From positions 25,231-89,230 of the forward strand of contig CAVESF010000002.1 of assembly GCA_963618495.1 (NCBI GenBank): DNA of 64,000 bases. Direction: 5' to 3'. The position numbers and the translations under genes were made by a program. The notes under the pieces were generated by a model. It saw only the letters and a program-made list of their open reading frames with translations. It searched no databases and had not been told where the DNA came from. The DNA is from Acutalibacteraceae bacterium (GTDB taxonomy: Bacteria; Bacillota; Clostridia; Oscillospirales; CAG-272). Positions 19,049-27,557 of the stretch are shown one piece after another; position 1 is the first letter of the stretch, and each line of letters opens with the position of its first letter.

Positions 19049-19623
19049 TCAATCGTTATCGAGATTATCTTCGGCTGATTTTCGGCGGGGATGGTGCCGT
19101 TGCTGTCGGTGGGTTCGGCATCGGCGCATATCTTGTCTACGACTTCCATGCCGCTTGTCACCTGACCGAAGGCGGCATAGTTGCCGTCGAGATATGCCGC
19201 GTCCTTATGCATAATGAAGAACTGCGAGCTTGCGCTGTCATAGCTCTGGCTTCTTGCCATGGAGATTACGCCGCGCTTGTGGGAAAGTGTATTGTTTACG
19301 CCGTTTGCGGAAAATTCGCCCTTGATGGTGAGGCGGTTGCCCTGAGCGTCGGTATTTCCGCCTGTGCCGTTGCCGAGCGGGTCGCCGCCCTGAATCATAA
19401 AGCCGTCTATTATGCGGTGAAATGTAAGCCCGTTATAAAAGCCGTTCTTTGCGAGATTTACAAAGTTTTTCACGGTTATCGGAGCTATATCGGGATAAAG
19501 CTCTACTGTTATCGTGCCGTAGTTTTCGACCTCTATCTTTGCTATGGTTTTCTTGCTTCCGCAGGAGCAGAACACGAGGAGCAACATGGAGAGAACGAGT
19601 GCAAATGAAATTATCTTTTTCAT
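19045..19623 (-). CDS. Cyclophilin-type peptidyl-prolyl isomerase lipoprotein
   Basis: Lipobox MKKIISFALVLSMLLLVFCSCGS (ATG at 19623, GGAGGC RBS). Cyclophilin core is FHRIIDGFMIQGGDP...SMARS...SSQFFI. Its stop overlaps the next gene's start in an ATGA-type arrangement. Confidence 0.88.
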   Translation of the reverse strand: MKKIISFALVLSMLLLVFCSCGSKKTIAKIEVENYGTITVELYPDIAPITVKNFVNLAKNGFYNGLTFHRIIDGFMIQGGDPLGNGTGGNTDAQGNRLTIKGEFSANGVNNTLSHKRGVISMARSQSYDSASSQFFIMHKDAAYLDGNYAAFGQVTSGMEVVDKICADAEPTDSNGTIPAENQPKIISITIE

Positions 19624-19765
19624 GAGAAAGCCTCCGTTAATATTATATCGGAAATATATTAACATATTTTCTCCGAAAACTCAATACTTTTATCCGATTT
19701 AGACTCAAATTTACATATTTTTTATATAATGAAGCAAAATAATAAAAAATCCTGCGGAGGAAAAA

Positions 19766-20443
19766 ATGGCTTCATTATTTGTCAGGACGCTGATAATCTA
19801 TATCATGCTTATCGCCGTGTTGCGCTTCATGGGAAAGCGGCAGATAGGGCAGATGCAGCTCTCTGAGCTGATAACGGCGCTTCTTCTCTCCGAACTTGCC
19901 TCTCACCCGCTCACCGATGCCGATATCCCGATAATCTACGCCGTGATACCGATATTTTTGCTTGTTTCAGTCGAGGTGATAATGTCATATCTCTCGACAA
20001 AGAGCAATGTCATGAAGAAAATACTGGATAGCACTCCGAGCATTATCATCAGAAAAGGGCAGATAGACCAGCATGAAATGCTCCGCATGCGCATGAGTAT
20101 GGAGGAGCTGATGGGCGAATTGCGGCTCAAGGGCATATCAGCCGTAAACGAGGTCGATTATGCGATACTGGAGCAGAACGGGCAGATTTCCGTCTTGACA
20201 AACGACAAAAATTCGCCGCTGAGGCAGAAAGATATGAATATCGAGGGTGACGGAAACGGCATCGAGCATATGCTTATAGTGGACGGGCATATTTCCGACT
20301 ACGAAATGCAGGTCACGGGAAAAACGAAAGAATGGATTTTCGGCGAGATGGGAAAGCGACGCATTGCCGATATAGAGGATGTTTTTCTCATGACGGTGGA
20401 TGATAACGATAATACGGCAATTATCCGTAAGGAGGGCAAATGA
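19766..20443 (+). CDS. DUF421 (YetF-like) membrane protein
   Basis: N-terminus RTLIIYIMLIAVLRFMGKRQIGQMQLSELITALLLSELAS is typical of DUF421. Confidence 0.75.
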   Translation: MASLFVRTLIIYIMLIAVLRFMGKRQIGQMQLSELITALLLSELASHPLTDADIPIIYAVIPIFLLVSVEVIMSYLSTKSNVMKKILDSTPSIIIRKGQIDQHEMLRMRMSMEELMGELRLKGISAVNEVDYAILEQNGQISVLTNDKNSPLRQKDMNIEGDGNGIEHMLIVDGHISDYEMQVTGKTKEWIFGEMGKRRIADIEDVFLMTVDDNDNTAIIRKEGK

Positions 20444-20826
20444 AAACATTTATCTGCGCACTGGCGATAATCTGCATACTGACGGGAATTGTGGTGCTGA
20501 ATATGCTCTCTATAAACAGAACCGTGGATGAAATGCTCGATATCGCCGCGTCCGTGCCGGAGCGGGACGGCGATATAGCCGACGATTTCTCGGATGTGGC
20601 GGAAAAGGTGGAAAAGCTCCGGAAACTCTGGGACAAGAAGATAACAAAGCTTGCCTATACCGTCGGCTATGACGATATCAACCGCGCGGACGACGCGATG
20701 AGCGAGCTTTACACGAGCTATTTGACAAAATCAAAGGACAGCTTCATCACGGCGCGGCTGAAATTCATAGACGCCATGCGCCGCATAAAGCAGATGGAAA
20801 ATTTCAATCCGCACAGTATTTTTTAA
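20440..20826 (+). CDS. DUF4363-like small membrane protein
   Basis: 4-nt overlap with the DUF421 gene, a common pairing in Clostridia. It has a single N-terminal TM helix. Confidence 0.55.
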   Translation: MKTFICALAIICILTGIVVLNMLSINRTVDEMLDIAASVPERDGDIADDFSDVAEKVEKLRKLWDKKITKLAYTVGYDDINRADDAMSELYTSYLTKSKDSFITARLKFIDAMRRIKQMENFNPHSIF

Positions 20827-20837
20827 AGGATGGGACA

Positions 20838-20880
20838 CGCCGCGCTCCCGCAAAAGAAAGCGCGGCGGATTATATTTTTT
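20838..20880 (+). terminator. Rho-independent terminator
   Basis: CGCCGCGCTcccgcaaaagaaAGCGCGGCG, then ..ATATTTTTT. Confidence 0.65.
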
Positions 20881-21030
20881 CAGGCGCCCGCATATTATAA
20901 TTTTGGAAAGAATTTTAAAATTCATCCGATATGCGGATGCTTTTTTGACTATATGAATAAAAAAGAAGCATGCAGAATGTGATTTTTGACTTTTTTCGAA
21001 AAAAAACACATCATTTTTTTCTGAAAACGG

Positions 21031-21059
21031 TTGACTTTTACTTCATCCCATGCTATTAT
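21031..21059 (+). promoter_or_regulatory. Putative sigma-A promoter of the cohesin protein gene
   Basis: TTGACT, 17-nt spacer, then TATTAT. This leaves a leader of about 150 nt before the ATG at 21211. Confidence 0.5.
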
Positions 21060-21210
21060 ATACATATAATGTGTATCGGTATCTTGTTTCTTTGCGCCCA
21101 TTCGGCTCGGCGGCAGAGAAGCTGCATGGCAAACGACAGCGCCGGTGTGGTTTTCGGGGTATCGGACCGATTTTTGAGAATTAATCATTTCACTTACGGA
21201 GGAATCAAAA

Positions 21211-23235
21211 ATGAAAAAGAAAATTATGCTGTCCCTGCTGGTAGTACTCATGCTGGTTGTGGCAAGCCTGCCTCTTTTGGCGGCTGACGCACCCGTGGTT
21301 TACATTGACAGCACAGGCGTTTCCGCCGATATGGAAGCCGGCGCGGAATTTACGGTTTATCTCAAGATAAAAAATAATCCCGGTCTGACCGCCATCGAGA
21401 TAAAATTTACATATCCGGAGAGCTTTGAGCTTACAGCTATAGAAAAGATCGGTGCCGAAGTTGCTTTCGAGAGCTTCTTGAGCAACACCACATCATCCAA
21501 ACTGGTTGTTGACTCCGGAGCCAATGTTACGGGCGACGGTATCATCGCTACACTCAAGTTCAAGGTAAAAGACGGCGTTAAAACCGGCAGCCAGACAATC
21601 GGCGTAACTGTGATCAGCGCGTGCAACTTTGACTTGGAATCTTATTTTGAGAGTGCTGAAACCGGAACAACAGAGTCTGCTACAGTAAGCACAAAGTGTG
21701 TTCATGTGCTCGAGGACAAATATACAACAACAGCCGAAGAGCACTACAAGCTTTGCACAAAGTGCGGCGACCACATCGGTACAGAGGCTCATGCTTTCAC
21801 ATATGACAATACCGACGCGACAAAGCATACATTCAAATGCTCTACCTGCGAATACACAGGTACTGCCGCTCATACATACACATATGCCGATAAGGACGAC
21901 ACTCAGCACAGCGCTACATGCAGCGTCTGCGAAGGCGTAAACAATATCAATCACAAGTATGCCGAAGAGGGCACAGTAAAGCAGGCGGCTACATGCGTAG
22001 CCAAGGGCTGGACTACATACACATGTACAGACTGCGGTCATAAGAACGATGTGGAGGATATTGCCAAGAAGGCTCATGTATTCGGCGAGTGGACGAAGGT
22101 TGATGAAACCAACCACAAGCGCACATGTACAACCTGCCCCGCAGGCGTAACCCCCGCTGAAGAAACAGCCGCTCACAACTGGAATGCAGGCGTTATCACA
22201 ACACCCGCAACCCACACCGAGACAGGCGTAAAGACATATACATGTACAACATGTGCCGCTACAAAGACAGAAACGGTTGCCGTAAATCCCGCGCACAACT
22301 GGAGCGCATGGACATCTGCCGATGACGGCAAGCATACACGCACATGCTCCGTAGGTCACGAAACCGAGACAGAAGACCACAAGTGGAATGCAGGCACTGT
22401 GACAAAGGTTGCCACATGCAAAGAAGAGGGCGTAAAGCATCACAAGTGCACAGTCTGCGGCTTTGAGAAGGACTTCGCTATAGAGAAGCTTCCCGAGCAC
22501 ACATGGGAAGAATGGAAGGTCAAGGACATGACATACCACACGCGCACCTGCAAGGTCTGCGGTATGGTAGAGGAAGCCGAGCATGACCAGGGCAAGAGAG
22601 TTAAGCAGAACGCTACCTGCACAGAGGACGGCGGTTATACATACTACTGCTCCGACTGCGGCGCCAAGACTGGCAGCATTAAGATAAGAGCAAAGGGCCA
22701 TGTATTCACGGACTGGGAGCTTGATACTGCGGCTACGGCGACTTCCGACAGCATATACAAGAGAACCTGCCGCGTCTGCGGTGTAACAGAAACAAGCACA
22801 GTCAAGTGCGAGCACACCGAGACAAAGACGGAAACAAAAGAAGCAACCTGCACAGAGGACGGATATGTACGCAAGGTCTGCACCTCCTGCGGATTTATAG
22901 TTGAATCCGAGGATGTAAAGGCTACAGGTCACAAGGCAGGGGAATGGGAAGTTTCCAAGCCCGCTACAGAGACCGAGAAGGGTCTGAAAGTCAAGAAGTG
23001 CACAGAATGCGGTGAAGTTCTTGAATCTGAAGAAATCCCGATGGTTGAGAGTGAAACAACAGCTACCACAACGACAAAAGCAACAACAACGGAAGCAACG
23101 ACAACCTCTGCTACAACAGCAGAACCCGAACCCGAGAAGAAGAGCAACACAGCTCTCATCGCAATTCTCTCCGTGGTAGGCGTTGCGGCAATCGGTACTG
23201 TTGCAGCTCTTCTCATCAAGAAGAAAAGAGTATAA
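21211..23235 (+). CDS. Cell-surface protein: signal peptide + cohesin-like domain + about 12 CxxC-containing repeats + T-rich linker + C-terminal TM anchor
   Basis: Signal peptide MKKKIMLSLLVVLMLVVASLPLLAA. Cohesin-like block is FTVYLKIKNNPGLTAIEIKFTYPESFELTAIE...GIIATLKFKVKDG. Repeated H..W....H.RTC..CG and ATC...G.....C..CG modules follow. C-terminus is ALIAILSVVGVAAIGTVAALLIKKKRV. Confidence 0.7.
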   Translation: MKKKIMLSLLVVLMLVVASLPLLAADAPVVYIDSTGVSADMEAGAEFTVYLKIKNNPGLTAIEIKFTYPESFELTAIEKIGAEVAFESFLSNTTSSKLVVDSGANVTGDGIIATLKFKVKDGVKTGSQTIGVTVISACNFDLESYFESAETGTTESATVSTKCVHVLEDKYTTTAEEHYKLCTKCGDHIGTEAHAFTYDNTDATKHTFKCSTCEYTGTAAHTYTYADKDDTQHSATCSVCEGVNNINHKYAEEGTVKQAATCVAKGWTTYTCTDCGHKNDVEDIAKKAHVFGEWTKVDETNHKRTCTTCPAGVTPAEETAAHNWNAGVITTPATHTETGVKTYTCTTCAATKTETVAVNPAHNWSAWTSADDGKHTRTCSVGHETETEDHKWNAGTVTKVATCKEEGVKHHKCTVCGFEKDFAIEKLPEHTWEEWKVKDMTYHTRTCKVCGMVEEAEHDQGKRVKQNATCTEDGGYTYYCSDCGAKTGSIKIRAKGHVFTDWELDTAATATSDSIYKRTCRVCGVTETSTVKCEHTETKTETKEATCTEDGYVRKVCTSCGFIVESEDVKATGHKAGEWEVSKPATETEKGLKVKKCTECGEVLESEEIPMVESETTATTTTKATTTEATTTSATTAEPEPEKKSNTALIAILSVVGVAAIGTVAALLIKKKRV

Positions 23236-23257
23236 ACTTTAAAAGAAAATAAACTTA

Positions 23258-23293
23258 AATATCCTCCCTTGCTCTGCATGGGAGGATATTTTG
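23258..23293 (+). terminator. Rho-independent terminator after the cohesin protein gene
   Basis: AATATCCTCCCttgctctgcatGGGAGGATATT followed by TTG. Confidence 0.7.
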
Positions 23294-23393
23294 ATAAATT
23301 TTTAATTTATTTTTTATTTTCGTGTGACCTGCGCCGTGCTTTTTACGGGTATTTGGGTGAAGGACCTTCAATTCACGCGGGAAAGGAGTAAAG

Positions 23394-23540
23394 ATGGAAG
23401 ACAAGCAAATAGTCGATTTGTTTTGGTAGCGCAGTGAAACTGCCGTTTCCGAAACGCAGAAAAAATATGACAGATACTGCAAATATATAGCCTGCAATAT
23501 TCTCCATAATACCGCCGATGCGGAAGAATGCACAAGGGAA
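23394..23540 (+). pseudogene. N-terminal stump of an ECF-type sigma factor gene with an in-frame TAG
   Basis: GGAAAGGAG RBS plus ATG at 23394. Translation is MEDKQIVDLFW*RSETAVSETQKKYDRYCKYIACNILHNTADAEECTR. It aligns by eye with the N-terminus of the 13323 sigma factor (MEDSAIVELLY..ISRLSEKYGGLLGSVASNVLRNDDDAMECVND). The TAG is at 23427-23429. Similarity ends at the hairpin at 23552. Confidence 0.6.
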
Positions 23541-23551
23541 AAAACAGAACC

Positions 23552-23585
23552 AAAAAACAGGACTGCGCCGCGCAGTCCTGTTTTC
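23552..23585. terminator. Bidirectional palindromic terminator (copy 1 of ACAGGACTGCG/CGCAGTCCTGT)
   Basis: AAAAAACAGGACTGCGccgCGCAGTCCTGTTTT lies 14 nt downstream of the stop of the minus-strand gene ending at 23599. Confidence 0.75.
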
Positions 23586-23598
23586 TATGTCAATAAAC

Positions 23599-25188
23599 TT
23601 ATGCCTCTTTTTTTGCGAGGTGGTCAAGAGTTTTCTTTGCCATTTCCGAGATGGAGACAGTGCCTACGCCGAAGATGGATGTATGCAGTGTGTCGCCCAC
23701 CTGTGCTGTCCATTCTGTGGGAAGTGCGGCGGCGCCGAGAAGTACGCCGAGAACAGAGCCTGCGGTTGCCGCGTTACAGTCGGTATCAAAGCCGGGAGTA
23801 ACAGCCATGCATATTGTTTTGCCGTAGTCTTTTTCGCCCCAGAGGAGAGCCATGGTAACTATCTCGGCATTGGAGATGGTGTGGCACCAGTCGTGACCGT
23901 TTGCTTCATTCCATCTTGTGCGGATATCGTTCATGCAGTCGTCATAGCTCATGCCGCTGTCATAATATTCGATTATCTTATTTACAGCCTCATAGAGACG
24001 GGATGTCTTGGGAACATAAGCCAGACCGCCGCGGATAACGGATTTGATATCATCCGAGCCGAAAGCGCATGCTATCATAGCGGAAGCCCACATTTCGCCG
24101 TAGATACCGTTCTTGACATGGGAAATGCTTGCATCGCGGAAAGCCATATCTGCGGCTGTTTTCGGGTCGCAGGGGTTGATATAGCCGAAGTAGTCGCCGC
24201 GAATCTGTGCGCCTATCCACTCGCGATAGGGATTCTTGTAATGAGCTGATGCCGGCGGGAGATATCCGTTTACAAAGTTACGGAAAGCAACGCGTTCTGC
24301 CGTGCAGTAAGCATCTTTGGGCTGAAGCTTGAGCCATGCCGATGCAACATCCGCCGCGGTGAAATCTCTGCCGTAATCCTTGATTATTCTGTAGCCGAGG
24401 ACGATATAGTTTGTGTCGTCGTCAACAGGCATAGCGAGATAATCTTTCGGATATGCGCGCTTGTTTATCGGGAATGAGAGGCCTTCGCAGACCTCTTCGG
24501 TCATTTCTTCGCGGTTGAGATATCTGCGGAGCGGGTAGTTGCCTGTGCGCTTGAGGATGCAGTCAAGCGTACCCTTGTGGATGCCCTCGACAGGCTTGCC
24601 GAGCAGACAGCCGCAGATTCTGCCGAGCCAACCGCCGTGAATCTTATCAAGAAGAGCATCGCCTTCGGGAGCTTTGCCTTCGCATTTGCGGCCATCGCCG
24701 AGCTCGAAAATCTTATCAAGCTCGGAGGGTTCTGTGTATTTGTAGTTGCGAACGAGAGGAGCATTTTCCACAATGCGGAAAATGATATTTGCCGCTTCGT
24801 CCTTTTCGGGAGTATCGGGCATGGAATTTACCGCGTCAAAGAATTTTTCATAAGATGAAACATCCTTGCCTTCATCGATGCACTGGCGGTATTCTATAGG
24901 AAGCTGCTTGAAATAAGCCTCCCATGTCGGTTGCTTGGAATATGTAGGAAGAGTATTGTGCGTGATGCGGAGAAGTTCTGTATCGCGTGAATCGATGCCG
25001 CTGATGAGATAGTCTACGGAAACATCGAAAAATTTCGCTATGGCGACAAGATTTTCGATATCGGGCATAGAAGCACCCGATTCCCATTTCTGTATAGCCT
25101 GACGCGAAACAGAAAGTGCCTCGGCGAGCTTTTCCTGAGAAATGCCGACCTTGGCTCTGAGTTTGTAAACGGTTTCATTGAACAACAT
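23599..25188 (-). CDS. XRE-family HTH domain fused to an ADP-ribosylglycohydrolase domain
   Basis: N-terminus is LRAKVGISQEKLAEALSVSRQAIQKWESGASMPDIENLVAIAKFFDVSVDYLISG (HTH_3). ARH motifs are GGWLGRICGCLLGKPVEG, VDDDTNY and GFDTDCNAATAGSVLGVLLGA. Confidence 0.8.
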   Translation of the reverse strand: MLFNETVYKLRAKVGISQEKLAEALSVSRQAIQKWESGASMPDIENLVAIAKFFDVSVDYLISGIDSRDTELLRITHNTLPTYSKQPTWEAYFKQLPIEYRQCIDEGKDVSSYEKFFDAVNSMPDTPEKDEAANIIFRIVENAPLVRNYKYTEPSELDKIFELGDGRKCEGKAPEGDALLDKIHGGWLGRICGCLLGKPVEGIHKGTLDCILKRTGNYPLRRYLNREEMTEEVCEGLSFPINKRAYPKDYLAMPVDDDTNYIVLGYRIIKDYGRDFTAADVASAWLKLQPKDAYCTAERVAFRNFVNGYLPPASAHYKNPYREWIGAQIRGDYFGYINPCDPKTAADMAFRDASISHVKNGIYGEMWASAMIACAFGSDDIKSVIRGGLAYVPKTSRLYEAVNKIIEYYDSGMSYDDCMNDIRTRWNEANGHDWCHTISNAEIVTMALLWGEKDYGKTICMAVTPGFDTDCNAATAGSVLGVLLGAAALPTEWTAQVGDTLHTSIFGVGTVSISEMAKKTLDHLAKKEA

Positions 25189-25479
25189 AATTACACCTCA
25201 TAAAATATAGTGATATATCTTAATAATACAATTTTGCGCGGCTTTTTGCAAGCAATTGTTGTACACTTTCTTTGACAACCGTCGGTAGCGTACAAAATGG
25301 GCGCGGAAAGCTTGATTTTCGCCGATTTTTGTGATATATTTATGATAACAGCGCAAAACAACCGACAGTTGAGCGGAAAAACGCCGTATGGTTGAGTAAA
25401 AACAACTGTTAATCCCTTAAAATGAGCCTTTTTTCAGTGGTAAAATAGAACCATCAAAAACGAAAGGAGACATACAGAT

Positions 25480-26010
25480 ATGTCACAAACACTTGGTGAA
25501 AGAATAGCAAACTTAAGAAAAAAGGCAGGACTTACGCAGGAGGAGCTGGCAGAGAAGCTTGGCATATCTCCGCAGGCTGTTTCAAAATGGGAAAACGATA
25601 TCTCTTGTCCCGATGTCATGAGTATTCCGGACTTGGCAAAAATCCTCGGAGTGAGCACCGATACGCTTCTCTCGGGTGAGGCGGTGGCGCCTGTTTCATA
25701 TGTTCCCGCAGAGAAGCGCAAGAAGATAGACGATATGTTTATGCGCCTTTTGCTCACGGTTGACGACAGCGACGGCGACAATGTGAAAATTAAGATAAAT
25801 CTGCCGCTTAGTGTGGTCAAAACAGCACTTGATGCGAACATGGTTTCTTCTGTAGTCAATATCGGAGATAAAGCAAAGCTCAAGGATGTAGATATGAACA
25901 AAATAGTTTCGCAGATTATTGAGATGGCAGAGAAAGGTCTCATGGGCAATCTTATGGAGATGGATGTCGGCGGCGAGGACAAAGTTCATATGGAATTTTT
26001 CGTGGAGTAA
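25480..26010 (+). CDS. XRE-family HTH transcriptional regulator with uncharacterised C-terminal domain
   Basis: LGERIANLRKKAGLTQEELAEKLGISPQAVSKWENDISCPDVMSIPDLAKILGVSTDTLLSGE. It is divergent from the HTH-ARH gene. Confidence 0.8.
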   Translation: MSQTLGERIANLRKKAGLTQEELAEKLGISPQAVSKWENDISCPDVMSIPDLAKILGVSTDTLLSGEAVAPVSYVPAEKRKKIDDMFMRLLLTVDDSDGDNVKIKINLPLSVVKTALDANMVSSVVNIGDKAKLKDVDMNKIVSQIIEMAEKGLMGNLMEMDVGGEDKVHMEFFVE

Positions 26011-26013
26011 GCC

Positions 26014-26262
26014 ATGAAAATCAAGATAAAAGATGGGAATAAAACCATCGGCTTTTCTTTGCCGAATATGTTTATTCTCGGGTCGCTCGGCGCGAATTTA
26101 ATCACGCGTGAGATAAATAAGAGCAACGCGAAAAAAGGCATACCCACGCGCGTATCGGCGCGCGAGATGCGAAAGATATTTCGCGCGCTCCGCCGCATGA
26201 GGAGAAAAGGAAAGCCAATTCTCGAGATTGAGGTCGGGGAAGATGTGAAGATAGTGATTTGA
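26014..26262 (+). CDS. Small hypothetical protein (82 aa), basic C-terminal half
   Basis: Starts 4 nt after the XRE gene stop, so it is probably co-transcribed. I recognised no family. Confidence 0.45.
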   Translation: MKIKIKDGNKTIGFSLPNMFILGSLGANLITREINKSNAKKGIPTRVSAREMRKIFRALRRMRRKGKPILEIEVGEDVKIVI

Positions 26263-26267
26263 TAAGA

Positions 26268-26300
26268 GAAAAACAGGACTGCGTCGCAGTCCTGTTTTTG
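26268..26300 (+). terminator. Palindromic terminator (copy 2 of ACAGGACTGCG/CGCAGTCCTGT)
   Basis: GAAAAACAGGACTGCGtCGCAGTCCTGTTTTT. The stem is identical to 23552-23585. Confidence 0.75.
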
Positions 26301-26462
26301 CAGTGGTGTTTTTTTGATTATCGGACTTTTATATGAAGCAAAGTGCGCAAGGGAGATATATTCAGAACGGCAGAAAACCTTAAAATAAAGGATTTCTGCC
26401 GTTTTCTTATGCCTGCTTTTTGCTTAAATCTGCAAACAGATGCTGAAGTGAGCAGTGCACAA

Positions 26463-27557
26463 TTAAATATCACTCTTGCGGCGGTTGCAATCTGCGCAAA
26501 GCATTTGACAGTTTTCCGGGATTGTCTTGCCGCCCTTGCTCCACGGGGTAATGTGGTCAGCCTGCATTTCTTCAATTTCAAAATGCTTGTCGCATTTCGG
26601 ACAGATACCTTTCTGCCGTTCGTATGCAGTCCGCGCCATTTTAGGAGTAAACGCGCGAATGCTTAAATGCTTTTCGTTGCCGTCAAGCAGATATTCATAA
26701 ATGCCTTTCTGATTGCTTACGTCCTCATCGTCAAGCAGTTCAACAATGCGCTTTTCATATGCTTTGGGGTCATGTGCGGCGGTGCCGTATTTGTTGTAGA
26801 AAATGCCCCAATCAAGCCCGGACATTAGCTTTTTACGGAATGTTGGGAATGTAGCCTTTACCCAATTTATAACGGTTTGAAAATACAGCCACAGTTCATT
26901 GCAGTTCGTGTCATGTTGGTGCTGTGACATATAATCTTCAATTTCGATACCGTCACGGGCGGCAATCCATTTGATAGCGGTTTCAAGGTAGTTTTGACGG
27001 ATTGCGCTGCCGCTTAAATACTCGCCTGCAATCTGATATGCGGGGCATTGGCTTTTGCTGAAATACTTCTTTGCTTCGGTCAGCCATTCGCCCGTATAGA
27101 TCGCGTTTCTTAATTCCTGCGCGGTTAGCTGTTCGCCTGCAATATTGATGATCTTGAACCAGTCAAGTTTTTCTTTGTCTGTACCCTCGCAAATGTAAAT
27201 CATCAGCTTATAGTCAAGAATCTGTTCTTGCTCTGTGTCGGTCAGATTGTGAAAAGCTAAATGATCTATTGAAAAATCGCCGTTGACGTATTGGCAAATA
27301 CTGATTGTCCTTTGCTGTCCGTCAAGCAGTTCAAAGTTGCCGTTATCGCCCTTTACCCAATACATAACGTTCAAAGGGAATTGCTTTGTAATGGTTCGGA
27401 TAACTTCATCACGCTGTTTGTCTTTGTAAATGAATTCACGCTGAAAGGCGGGGCGAATGTTCAGCTTGCCGCCGTACCCTACAACGCCGTTTTCTGCGCT
27501 GTCCACATATCCGGCAACAACGTCACGGACAGGGACTTCATGCAGATCAATTTTCAT
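26463..27557 (-). CDS. DUF262 (ParB-like, DGQQR motif) domain protein with C-terminal zinc-HNH endonuclease
   Basis: N-terminus is IRPAFQREFIYKD...FELLDGQQRTISI (DUF262). C-terminus is GICPKCDKHFEIEEMQADHITPWSKGGKTIPENCQMLCADCNRRKSDI (CxxC...H-N-...CxxC HNH). AGGTGA RBS. The start lies inside the upstream gene. Confidence 0.8.
   Translation of the reverse strand: MKIDLHEVPVRDVVAGYVDSAENGVVGYGGKLNIRPAFQREFIYKDKQRDEVIRTITKQFPLNVMYWVKGDNGNFELLDGQQRTISICQYVNGDFSIDHLAFHNLTDTEQEQILDYKLMIYICEGTDKEKLDWFKIINIAGEQLTAQELRNAIYTGEWLTEAKKYFSKSQCPAYQIAGEYLSGSAIRQNYLETAIKWIAARDGIEIEDYMSQHQHDTNCNELWLYFQTVINWVKATFPTFRKKLMSGLDWGIFYNKYGTAAHDPKAYEKRIVELLDDEDVSNQKGIYEYLLDGNEKHLSIRAFTPKMARTAYERQKGICPKCDKHFEIEEMQADHITPWSKGGKTIPENCQMLCADCNRRKSDI

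Noticed and set aside
21060-21210. About 150-nt leader of the cohesin gene as a possible riboswitch (for example a c-di-GMP class)
   Set aside because: I could not recognise any conserved riboswitch core by eye. It contains only generic small hairpins. An Infernal/Rfam scan would be needed before any claim.
21493-22932. 479-aa Cys-rich ORF on the minus strand
   Set aside because: It is entirely antisense to the cohesin/CxxC-repeat gene. It has no RBS and no recognisable motifs, and its Cys/Ala/Val-rich composition is what the reverse complement of a T/C/H-rich repeat gene produces. The sense gene has a signal peptide, domains and an anchor.
23518-24249. 243-aa plus-strand ORF
   Set aside because: It is antisense to the ADP-ribosylglycohydrolase domain region, which has clear motifs on the minus strand. 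Its 5' part merely reads through the terminator hairpin.
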